This document shows, piece by piece, positions 13,347-24,023 of a stretch of DNA of 64,000 nucleotides. The notes under the pieces are model-generated. The model saw only the letters and a list, made by a program, of their open reading frames with translations, was not told where the DNA came from and made no database searches. Positions within the stretch are counted from its first letter, which is position 1. Every line of letters starts with the position of its first letter. The DNA is from Piromyces finnis finn. Lineage: Eukaryota; Fungi; Neocallimastigomycota. The stretch is taken from NCBI GenBank assembly GCA_002104945.1, contig MCFH01000040.1, positions 248,001 through 312,000 on the forward strand, in the 5' to 3' direction. The position numbers and the translations under genes were made by a program.

Positions 13347-14334
13347 GTTGGTAGTAGTTCTTTTCTTAAAGGAGCTATTGCTTTTGTTTCTTTTATAGTG
13401 TAAAGATATAATATATATCTTTAGATTATTTAATAATTAATTATTAATTATTAAATAATAAATTAATATTTAGTAAAACTGATTATAAAATTTTTGAGTA
13501 AATTTTATGGAATAATTTAATAATAAATTATTTTATAATAATTCCGTTAAATTTAAATTAAGATAAATATTTAAGTTTAAGGAATAAAAGAATTTTAATT
13601 AAATTTAAATATTTCAAATATTTTAAATAATTAAAATATTTTTCAAATACTTTTTATTTAATTTTAGAATAGATTATACTTTTTTATTTAAATTTAGAAT
13701 AGTTTAATAATTTTAACTTAGTTTTAAAAATAGATTTATTTATATTTCAATAGGAAATATATTAAGAATAGTATTGATAATATTAAATTAATTTATAGAA
13801 AATACATGGGCTTTATTCAATTTTGAGTTTACTCAAATTGAATTAAAAGTATAATGAATTAGTTTAGTTTAGTTCTGTTATTTTATTATTTAATTAAATT
13901 AGTTTTGTTTATTTTATATTAAATATATGTTTATTTAAATAGAATAATATATTAGAATATAATTATGAAAAAATATAAATACATGTAATTTTTATTTGTT
14001 AAATCGATGTAATTGTTATTTTCAATTTTTTAATTATTAACTATTATATAGCTAATAATATTTTTAAGAGTTTAAATAAAATGTTTTCTTAAAATAAAAA
14101 TTTAATGTTTTATTTTTTTATTTTTGTGTTAATAAAAATTGTTTTGTTTTAAGTATAAAATCTGTTTTAAATTTTATACTTTTACAATAACAATTACCTT
14201 TTCTTATTAAAAAACACGTTTTATATTTAATAATAAAACAATTTTTATTTTCTGAAGTTACAACATTGGGAATTGCTACCGTAGAAAATTTGGAACTTTT
14301 CGGAAATTTTTTCTCTTCGGAAATTTTTTTTTGT

Positions 14335-14575
14335 CTACTTGAGAAGCCTACCTTGTGGAACTATTTATGGTGTAACTTCTGTCAGTGTAACATTAATTTT
14401 GTGTTACCCTACTTGTGAAATTCTAAATAAATTTTGTGAAACACTACTTTGTGGAACTATAATTGTGGAATTTTTACCTACTTGTGGAACACTACCTTGT
14501 GAAATCCTTCCTTCGTGGAATTCTTTTGAACGAATCTCGTGGAACTTTGCTTGTGGAACTTCTACTCTGTGAAAC
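14335..14575 (+). repeat. Degenerate short tandem repeats (ctac(c/t)ttgtggaa-type) in the E3b leader
   Basis: More than 10 tgtggaa/tgtgaaa units, several preceded by ctac. Confidence 0.8.
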
Positions 14576-14744
14576 TTTCCTTTTTATATTGGAATTGGAA
14601 TAAGTGTAACTCTACTGTATGGAACAATGAAATCTTTATATATAAAATCTATCTGTAATACTAATAGAAATATATTTATGAAATACTCTTGTTTTTAAAT
14701 TGATGAAACTCTTTTAAAATTAAATTTAATTATAATATACTATA

Positions 14745-15909
14745 AAAAGAACTCGCTCGACACCGTTTGATAGGATAGAGTCTGAGCGACATCTTTTATA
14801 CATAGTATATTATAAATTAAATTGGATATATACAATTAAAAGAGTAAATTAAATCAAAAAATTAATTGCAAAGTAAGAAAATTAAAACTTATTTAAAAAG
14901 GAAGAAAATTAAGAAAAAGTTAATAAAATTTTAAAATTATTTAAATATATTGAGAAATAAGTGAATTAGTATGTTGATTTCACTTATTTGAATGAATTAT
15001 TAATTGTTATTTTGAAATGAACTTATTATATACTTAAAAGACCTCGCTCGACACCGTTTGATAGGATAGAGTCTGAGCGACATCTTTTAAACATGGTATA
15101 TAATAATTATAGAATTATTTAAAATATATTGTATGAAAATTAAAATTTTGATATTTATTAATTAAAATGAAATTGAGAAATAAGTGAATTAAAATGTAAA
15201 TATCACTTATTGGAAAAAGTTATTTTATTGAAATATATTTATTATATATTATAAAAGACCTCGCTCGACACCTTTTGATAGGATAGAGTCTGAGCGACAT
15301 CTTTTAGATATAGTATATAATAAATTAAAATTAAGAAATGAATTAAAATTTTACAATAAAAGTAAAAGTAATAAATGTGTAAAGTTAGTTAAATAAATAA
15401 ATTATTCTTTATTATAATAAGATTTCGATGAAACCTTTTTAGAGGACAGAGTCAGATCGACATCTTTTTGGGAAATAGTATATAATAAATTAAATTGAAA
15501 ATACTATAAATTAATTTAACTTGAAAATTTGAAATATATAATTTTATTTAATGAAGTTAGAAAATGATTTGATATTTAAAATTACTTTTAAAATAATTTA
15601 ACTTCATACTAAATAAAGAACTCGACGACACCTTTTCTTTAAAGGATAGAGTCAGGTCGACTTCTTTAATATGAAGATACAATATAAATTCGATTAACTA
15701 ACTAAATAAATATAATATATTCAAGGATTATATATTATTAATTAAATTATATAAATACAATTAAGAAGTTTATTAAATAATATATTAAAATATTTTGAAG
15801 TAATACGAAAACGAACTTAAAAATTTAATTTCATTGTAATAACTTACTTTATACTTTATAAAGAATTCGCTGACACCAGTTGATATGATGGAGTCAGGTC
15901 GACTTCTTT
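14745..15909 (+). ncRNA. Array of six copies of a ~50-nt covarying stem-loop motif
   Basis: Copies at 14745-14797, 15036-15088, 15253-15305, 15419-15466, 15615-15667 and 15860-15909; core TCG..GAC-A-C..G-ANN-GA-GTC..CGA with compensatory changes. Confidence 0.75.
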
Positions 15910-16447
15910 TATATAAAGGTGTATTTTATATAACTGAATATTTGACTAAATAGAAAATTCTTAATAATTAGAATATAAATTTAAAGCATTTTTAATTTGA
16001 TTTGAATTTATCAACAAAAGTCAATACAAATTTAGTTATTTAAAAAGTTATACATTTATTAAAAAAAAAAAATTATTTTTATATTTAGTAAATTAAGATA
16101 ATTTGATTGTAATAGTTTATTAAATAATTTATTAAACAAATGATTAAGAATAAATAATTAAAATAATTTGAATTCAATATGAGGAGGTTTTACAAATTTA
16201 GTTGTTAAATAAATTATGTTTTTTATATTTAATAAATTAAAATAAATTAATTAAATAAAGAATTTTTTATAAAGAAGTTATTGTATATCTAGTTAATAAG
16301 TTTATATTTTTATTAAGAAGTAAGTTTTATATTTAAAAGATTCAAATAACTTGAATAAATTAATATAGTAGTTTTGATTGAATAATTATAAAGTTAAATA
16401 AATATATAATAAGAAATGAGTGTAATATTTTTTATTCTTAATAATAT

Positions 16448-16530
16448 GATGGTAGTGAAATCAGAGCTAGAAAATTAATCTATTCTGGATCTGTTCTTAA
16501 TTTCATTTATCTGGATTTTATAAAGAATAA
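16448..16530 (+). pseudogene. Eroded aspartic-protease relic of E3b
   Basis: Reads DGSEIRARKLIYSGSVLNFIYLDF, versus E3 EEVKVKVLIDSGSDLNFIHPEF; catalytic D>Y. Confidence 0.65.
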
Positions 16531-17638
16531 AATGAAAATAAAAAGAAACAAGAAAGAAGAACAATTCAGTAATGAAATAATAAATTTGAAAATTCCAATG
16601 TTTTAAAAAGAAACTTAATGAATTACTGAATTGTGGAGGATTATAACAAAATGTTAAGTACATTCGTCCTATGGAAAATAATGTTATCTAAATAATTCTG
16701 ATTATAATAAATGTAATTTAAAAAATAAATATGATTGTAATGTATTAGTATTGTAGAATTAGAAATAGCTATAATAGAAATTAATGAGGAATAGTTTTAG
16801 TAATAGTAACAACTTGATAGTATAATAGTTAGTATTAATAATAATTAAAAAAAAAAATAGAATTAATAAATACAACAAATGAAAAAAAAATATAATAAAA
16901 TGTAATAAATAGAATAAAGTAATAAATAGAATAAGTTAATAAATATGATAAATGTAATAAATAGAATAAATTATTAAATATAATAAGTTAATAAATATGA
17001 TAAATGTAATAAATATAATGAATAAAACAAATATAAATTAATGTAATATGTATAATAATTATAAGAGTTTTTAATAAATGAATAGTTTTTATGTACTTAA
17101 TAAAACGAACTTTATAAAGGAAAAAAAAAAAAGATTTTAATCTTTATACAATTCTTTTTAATGGAAGTATAATGAGATTGATAACTATAATTACTATATA
17201 TTGATTGTAGGAAATTAAATGATATAATTATTGAAATTCATATATTCCTTTAATCAATAAATAAGATAAATGGAGTAAAATATGTTTTTAAACTAAATTT
17301 AAATATATCAATAGCTTAGTAAGAATTAAATAAAGTGATGAATTTAAAATTGCTTTAATCTTTATATGGCATTTTTAATTTATTATCATACCTTTTATTC
17401 AAAAATGTATCAGCTCTATTTTAATATTTTAAGTGATGCTTTTGATGAAGTATTTTAATTACTTTATAATTAATAATATTTAGTACAACATTATGTATAT
17501 GTTTATATCAATTCTGTGATGTTTTATTGATGATATTTAAATTTATGAATTCATTGTTAAATTTTTAAAAAAGAAATAATTTTATAATACCATATATTGA
17601 TAAATTATAAAATAAAAGAGAATTATAAATATGCTAAA

Positions 17639-18144
17639 TGTAAAGAACTAATGTTCAATAAATAAAAACACAAATATATAAAAAGGAAAATAATAAAAGC
17701 AAATAAAAATTTTATTATTGAACACTTAACAAAATTATAACAGGTTAGTGTTTAATAATTTTATTTTTATTATAAAATTTCTTTGTTAATAAAAACTCGA
17801 ATTCCAAATAATTTTTTGAGAAATTTCACTCGTATTTATATAAATGTTTTTAAAAGTAAATTTATAAAAATTTTACAACTTAATTTTTTAAGCCAATCAG
17901 AAATTATCTTCTTTGGTAAAATTTCGTTATAAAATATTTTAATAATTAAAAAAAAGATATTGAGGTTTCGAACTCGAGTAGTTCAAACCAAGGTCTTAGT
18001 TACTAACCACTAAGACAGGTTACTAATTTCTATGATTCGTTACATGGTCCTCCTCCAGGATTCGGATACCAGACGAATCAACTAAATTTATTTGTTACTT
18101 TATTATAAAAGAAATAATTGAAACGAGTGAATACATTTTGAAAA

Positions 18145-18177
<33 letters not shown>

Positions 18178-21100
18178 TGAATATTAAATTATAAATATAT
18201 TTTTTCATTTTCTATTTTCTATTTTCTATTCTCTTTTTCTCTTATCAATTACTAATTTTTTTTTAAATTAATAACTATTACTAATGTGAATTATTAAAGT
18301 TTTTAATTAGTTCATCGCAGTTTAAATTACTTTCAGGTTCCCAAGATGCTTCTGAAAGCGGATAACCTTTCCATTTTATTAGATATTGAATCTTCCCATA
18401 ATGCTTTCTTTTATCAAGTATTTCTTCTACTTCGTATTCTTCTTCTTCATTTACTATTATAGGTGGAGGTGGATCTTTGATTCTTCCAAAACTATCTTCA
18501 TAATACGGTTCTAGGTTTGAAACATGAACAATTGGGTAAATCTTCAGCGATTTTGGTAATTCTAATTTATAAGTGAGATTAGAGATTTTACTAATTATCC
18601 TAAACGGGCCAAGTTTCCTAGGATTAAATTTTTTATTTCCTTTATGAATTATCAAGGAGCTATCCAACCATACTTTGTCACCAGTCTTGAATGTCGGAGG
18701 TTCTTGTCTATACTTGTCGGCATATTTCTTTTGAACTTGGATGGCCTTCTTTAAGTTTTCTTTTAGTTTCTCCATTAGGTCTTCAAAGTCTCTTGTAAAC
18801 TCTTCAGCTCTTGGAACATTCGTTTGGTCAGGAATTACCGGAGAGTATTTTGGGTGATAACCATAATTTAGGAAGAATGGTGAGAATTTTGTTGAGTCTT
18901 GAACAGCATTATTGTAACTGAATTCTGCCAATGGAAGAAAGTTGATCCAGTTTGTTCCTTTATAATTAGAAAAGCATCTTAAATATTGTTCAACAACGGA
19001 GTTTACCCTCTCCGTTTGGCCATTGGATTGATGATGATATGGTGAAGAATATTTAACATTGACGTCCAAAGATTGACAAATAGATTTCCAAAATTTCGAA
19101 GTGAATTGCGCGCCTCTATCGGAAATAATTTCAGAGGGGAGACCGTGAATTTTGAAAATATAATTCAAAAAAGCAAAAGCAGTATCAGAAGCAGAAGGAA
19201 TACCTTTAAAGGGAATGAGGTGGCACATTTTAGTAAGGCGGTCAACTACAACAAGAATAGTGTTAAATCCATCCGAAGGAGGGAGGTCAGTAATGAAATC
19301 CATAGAAATAGAAGCCCAAGGATGGTCACTAATCTCAAGGGGTTGAAGTAAACCATATGGTTTATGACGAGAAGGCTTGGAGCGGCAACAAATCTCGCAA
19401 GATCGGATATAATTCTTAACATCAATAGAAATGGATGGCCACCAAAAGTCACGAGAGATCAAAGAAATAGTTTTGCGGATACCAAAATGACCGGCAGAGG
19501 GGGAATCATGACAGAGTTTCAAAACGGAGGGACGGCATTTTAAAGGGACATAGATTCTACTATCAAAAAGAAGAAAACTATTACTAAGGGAGAATTTATT
19601 ACTTTGTGGATGTGGAGCTGGGAGATTCTTATTTTCAAGAAAATTGCAAATGTCAATGTAAAAAGAGTCGTTCACATATTCAGATAATATTTCATCATTA
19701 AGAGAAGAAATGGAACAAATCAAAGCGCAGAAATTCTCAGGGCGTAAAACCGAAAAAGGAGCATCAGAAGGAAGAGAGGAATCCATATAATCAGGTCTTC
19801 GTGAAAGCGCATCAGGTTTACCATTAGATGAACCAGAGCGGTAGAGAATTTTAAAGTTAAATTCGGAAAGGAAAAGGGCCCAACGAACAAGACGTTGTGA
19901 CATTTTTTCCGGTTTCTTTTGATATAGTAAGTTTCGATGATCTGAATAAATAGTAAACGGGGTTAAAGCACCTTTGAGAAAATGTCGCCAAGTTTCAAGA
20001 GCATTAACAATAGCTAAAAGTTCTTTATCGTATATAGGATAGTTTCTTTCAGCGGAAGTAAGAGATCTTGAATAGAAAGCGACAGGATGGATCATTTTAT
20101 CATCAGGAGATTTTTGAGACAGAACTGCTCCTATAGCAAAGTTGCTAGAGTCGGTTTCAACAATAAAGGGAAGATCACGATTTGGGTGAGACAGGATGGG
20201 AGCAGATGAAATTAATGATTTAATGGTATTAAATGCATCAAGAGCTTCAGAGGAAAAATCAAATTTAACGTTTTTACGAAGTAGTCTGTGAAGGGGTTGT
20301 GCAACTTTGGCAAAATTAGGAATAAACCGACGATAGTAGTTGGCTAGGCCAATAAAAGATTGAACTTCCTTGACACTGGACGGAACTGGCCAATTAATAA
20401 TAGCAGAAACTTTATTGGGGTCCATATGTATACCTTCAGAGGATATCCGATGACCAAGGAAATCAATAGAGGAAACAAAGAATTCACACTTTTCAAGCTT
20501 AGCATAAAGACCAGCATTTCTTAAGCGATCCAGGACTTCGATAACGTGCTTAATGTGGGATTTATGGTTTTCAGAAAAAATAATTAAATCGTCAATATAT
20601 GAATAAACAAAAATCCCTAGAATATTTTCCAGAACATCATTGATAAAATGCTGAAAAACAGCCGGGGCGTTTTTCAGTCCGAATGGCATTACCAGGTATT
20701 CAAAGTGGCCGAATTTGCAGGTGAAAGCTGTTTTATATTCATCACCCTTTTTGATTCGGACCAAATTATATGCTGATCGTAAATCCAATTTTGAGAAGAT
20801 TTTCGCTTTACCAAGATGCTCTAGCATATCTTGAATCAGAGGTAGAGGATAGGAATCTCTAATGGTAATTTTGTTGAGTTCCCTATAATCTTGACAAAGA
20901 CGGAGTTCACCATTCTTTTTAGGAACGAAAAGTACAGGCGCACCAGCAGGAGATTTGGATTTCCTAATGAAACCCTTTTTGAGGTTTTCATCGATATAAT
21001 CCTTCAAAACTCTTGTTTCTTCGTCTGTTAGTGGGTAGATTGGTCCATAAAATAGCTTGGCATTTTCGATTAGGTTTATTTGGCAATCATAAGGACGATG

Positions 21101-23752
21101 AGGTGGTAATTGAGCAGCAGAAGATTCGCTAAAGACGTCCATATATGATTCTAATTCCTTCGGAAGTTTAGTAGTAGGATTTGAGTCTTTAAAAGAGTTT
21201 TTTGGTGAACAAGAATCAACTTTAGAAAGAGATATATTAGAAGCCATGACAGTACAAGTCTCTTGTGATAAAGGATCGTTAACAGATTCATTGTTAATTA
21301 AGACAGATTTAGAACGATTTTCTTTGGGATTACGAGAATGAGATAACTTAGAATTTGAAAAAGAAGATTTAGGTTTGTCAATAAAAATAGGCAAAGAAAC
21401 GGAAGAAGAGTTATTGCAATCAGTAGAAAAAACAGAAGTTTCCTGATGGAATTCGGGAACATTCGAAGGGAGAGTCATACAATGATCCAAGCAATATGAA
21501 GAACCAAAGGATAATTTATTATTTTCAAAGTCAATACTTGGATTATGTTCCTTAAGCCAACGTAGACCTAGAATACAAGGATATACAGGTAGATCAGTAA
21601 CGTAAAAGACAGTACGGCATAGGTGATCCATGTAGCGAAGATTAAGAAGTGGAGTAACTCCGAACAGTTTTTGGCTACCACCAATACCGAATACGTTGGG
21701 TAAATCTTCTTCATAGTGGTAGGGAATATTGTGATCGTTGCAATAGTCGACATCTATTAGATTAAGTGTAGAACCGGAGTCTATAAGAATTTTTGTGTCT
21801 AGTTCAAACGATAATTTAAAATTTGAGGTTACCCTATCTTGTTGATTTTTCTTGGAATTGGTAGAATTATTTTGTAGAGAAACTAAAGATTCGAATGCTG
21901 AGTTTTTATTTCTTCTCTTATGACAATCTTTCAGTTGGTGTCCTGGAGATCCACAATAGACACATAAGTTTTCCTTACTTCTTCTTTCTTTTTCTTCCTT
22001 GGATAACGGACCAAAGTATCTTTTCTTCTTGGGATGTTCTTTTAGATTTGTGGAAGCCTTTCTGGAGCCATTGCTGGAATTAGAACTTGGTCCCTTAGTA
22101 TTTTTGTCAAAAAATAATCCCCTGGTAGCAAGTCTGGAGTCTATTCTAGCTGCAATAGTTTGGAGGGAAAACAAATCTCTTGGTCCTGGGAACATCTCTA
22201 ATATCTTCATTGCAACTTCTTGGTTGAGCCCAGCGATAAAAGCATCCATCTTAGCCTCTTCATTCCAGTTAGATTCATCAGAGTATTTGTTAAATTCAAG
22301 GATGTATCCTCTGATGCCGCCCAAACGATGTTGCTTGAGAGTACGTAGCATTTGATTGGCTACGTAGACTGCATCATTGTTCCCGTAGAATGCCTTTAGT
22401 CTTTCCTTGAATGCTTGGTAGTTGGTCAGACATGGATCATGGTTGTCAATAAGCGTAGCGGCCCAATTTAATGCATTTCCATAAAGGCGAGAAATCAGGT
22501 AGATAACCTTGCTCTCTTCATCTTGATATCTTTCGGGATAAAGGAGAAAAACAAGTTCTATTTTGGCTAAGAAACCTTTGAGATATTTTCTGTCTCCTGC
22601 GAAACCGTCTTTTAGTGAGGCGTTATCAAATATTTGTCCTTCCATTAAAATTAAAAAAATATAATTGTTTGAAAATAAAAATTATGTAAATAAGATAAAG
22701 TTATGTTTGAAGAAATTAAGAAAGAAAAAAAAAATTAAATCTTTATTATTATTTATTGATTAAAATATTTTAAATATAGACAAAGAGTCAAATTAAATAG
22801 TATTGGACCATCAAATATTTAATTTTATTAGTATTCAATACTAGGTCCCTTGTAGCTCTTTGTTGATAACGTAGATATTATCAATTGTTAATATTGGAAA
22901 TGAAAATTTTCAATAAAAGGAATTAACGGTATTAGTTTCTTTATTGTCACTTAATTAAGCGGAAAGAAAAAAATAGGTTTAATTCCCCGATTATTAATAA
23001 TATCTAAACAACAAAGTATTACGTATAGGTGTCCAACTATCCACGCTAAGGGAGGTATTGAATCCTAACTTCTTTGTTATTTTAATATTTTTTCAAAAAT
23101 AATAAATAAAATTTAATTTTATTTATTAAAAGTAGAAAACGTTTTATTAGAAAATGAATTTTTTCTTTATTATTAAATTAAGCGTCCTGGCGCTCCCCTT
23201 ATAATAACTGTGGGTTTTACTTTTGTTTTCAGTACCCTTATTGTTAAAATAAGCTTCACTGACTTACTTAATTTTTTAATAAATTAAAAATTCTTCCTTT
23301 TTTAAACACTAAGGTGTTATTATATATTTTAGGAGTTTTTATTGTAAAGAACTAATGTTCAATAAATAAAAACACAAATATATAAAAAGGAAAATAATAA
23401 AAGCAAATAAAAATTTTATTATTGAACACTTAACAAAATTATAACAGGTTAGTGTTTAATAATTTTATTTTTATTATAAAATTTCTTTGTTAATAAAAAC
23501 TCGAATTCCAAATAATTTTTTGAGAAATTTCACTCGTATTTATATAAATGTTTTTAAAAGTAAATTTATAAAAATTTTACAACTTAATTTTTTTAAGCCA
23601 ATCAGAAATTATCTTCTTTGGTAAAATTTCGTTATAAAATATTTTAATAATTAAAAAAAAGATATTAATGAGGTTTCGAACTCGAGTAGTTCAAACCAAG
23701 GTCTTAGTTACTAACCACTAAGACAGGTTACTAATTTCTATGATTCGTTACA
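17639..23752 (-). mobile_element. Full-length Ty3/gypsy chromovirus E4; LTRs 17639-18044 (3') and 23343-23752 (5')
   Basis: LTRs nearly identical (I see a 3-nt and a 1-nt indel); PPT ggaggagga at about 18048-18056; imperfect TSD ctaaa/ttaaa. Confidence 0.95.
18281..22645 (-). CDS. Intact single-ORF Gag-Pol, 1454 aa, with canonical chromodomain
   Basis: [60 protein letters not shown]. Confidence 0.95.
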   Translation of the reverse strand: MEGQIFDNASLKDGFAGDRKYLKGFLAKIELVFLLYPERYQDEESKVIYLISRLYGNALNWAATLIDNHDPCLTNYQAFKERLKAFYGNNDAVYVANQMLRTLKQHRLGGIRGYILEFNKYSDESNWNEEAKMDAFIAGLNQEVAMKILEMFPGPRDLFSLQTIAARIDSRLATRGLFFDKNTKGPSSNSSNGSRKASTNLKEHPKKKRYFGPLSKEEKERRSKENLCVYCGSPGHQLKDCHKRRNKNSAFESLVSLQNNSTNSKKNQQDRVTSNFKLSFELDTKILIDSGSTLNLIDVDYCNDHNIPYHYEEDLPNVFGIGGSQKLFGVTPLLNLRYMDHLCRTVFYVTDLPVYPCILGLRWLKEHNPSIDFENNKLSFGSSYCLDHCMTLPSNVPEFHQETSVFSTDCNNSSSVSLPIFIDKPKSSFSNSKLSHSRNPKENRSKSVLINNESVNDPLSQETCTVMASNISLSKVDSCSPKNSFKDSNPTTKLPKELESYMDVFSESSAAQLPPHRPYDCQINLIENAKLFYGPIYPLTDEETRVLKDYIDENLKKGFIRKSKSPAGAPVLFVPKKNGELRLCQDYRELNKITIRDSYPLPLIQDMLEHLGKAKIFSKLDLRSAYNLVRIKKGDEYKTAFTCKFGHFEYLVMPFGLKNAPAVFQHFINDVLENILGIFVYSYIDDLIIFSENHKSHIKHVIEVLDRLRNAGLYAKLEKCEFFVSSIDFLGHRISSEGIHMDPNKVSAIINWPVPSSVKEVQSFIGLANYYRRFIPNFAKVAQPLHRLLRKNVKFDFSSEALDAFNTIKSLISSAPILSHPNRDLPFIVETDSSNFAIGAVLSQKSPDDKMIHPVAFYSRSLTSAERNYPIYDKELLAIVNALETWRHFLKGALTPFTIYSDHRNLLYQKKPEKMSQRLVRWALFLSEFNFKILYRSGSSNGKPDALSRRPDYMDSSLPSDAPFSVLRPENFCALICSISSLNDEILSEYVNDSFYIDICNFLENKNLPAPHPQSNKFSLSNSFLLFDSRIYVPLKCRPSVLKLCHDSPSAGHFGIRKTISLISRDFWWPSISIDVKNYIRSCEICCRSKPSRHKPYGLLQPLEISDHPWASISMDFITDLPPSDGFNTILVVVDRLTKMCHLIPFKGIPSASDTAFAFLNYIFKIHGLPSEIISDRGAQFTSKFWKSICQSLDVNVKYSSPYHHQSNGQTERVNSVVEQYLRCFSNYKGTNWINFLPLAEFSYNNAVQDSTKFSPFFLNYGYHPKYSPVIPDQTNVPRAEEFTRDFEDLMEKLKENLKKAIQVQKKYADKYRQEPPTFKTGDKVWLDSSLIIHKGNKKFNPRKLGPFRIISKISNLTYKLELPKSLKIYPIVHVSNLEPYYEDSFGRIKDPPPPIIVNEEEEYEVEEILDKRKHYGKIQYLIKWKGYPLSEASWEPESNLNCDELIKNFNNSH

Positions 23753-24023
23753 TTAAAAGTATTTTAAAAACGTCTAAAAATGATAAATTTGTTAATTAAA
23801 TTATAGTATTTACTTGATGACTTGATACCACTTTTGTTTATTTAATAATAAGATTAAAAAAAATAGTGGTATAGTTAATATAATTATTGAATGATGTTTT
23901 TCCATTATTATTAATGAATGTTAATTTTTTTACAAATATTTTATTACTAAGAATTTTGTTATATTTATTTGCTTAATAATAACCTTTAAAAAAAAATAAG
24001 TTCCACTTGGTTTAAAGCTTGTA

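Larger units (their letters stand above)
13399..17638 (+). mobile_element. Decayed, probably non-autonomous relative of E3 (E3b): 5' LTR 13399-14186, PBS 14187-14197, repeat-rich leader, structured-motif array, protease relic
   Basis: LTR clearly homologous to the E3 LTR with the same PBS; LIYSGSVLNFI relic at 16475-16507; right boundary uncertain, interrupted by E4. Confidence 0.78.

Noticed and set aside
14745-14797. Assignment of the motif to hammerhead, hairpin, twister, pistol or leadzyme ribozymes
   Set aside because: No CUGANGA/GAAA core or other diagnostic loops; the GAC..GAGUC resemblance to the leadzyme does not extend to its internal loop.
14745-15909. CRISPR array interpretation of the repeated ~50-nt motif
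   Set aside because: Spacers are about 115-240 nt, unequal and related to each other; the context is a eukaryotic LTR leader with no cas genes.
16890-17030. AT-rich aataaat(a/g) repeats as a functional array
   Set aside because: Low-complexity slippage typical of this genome.
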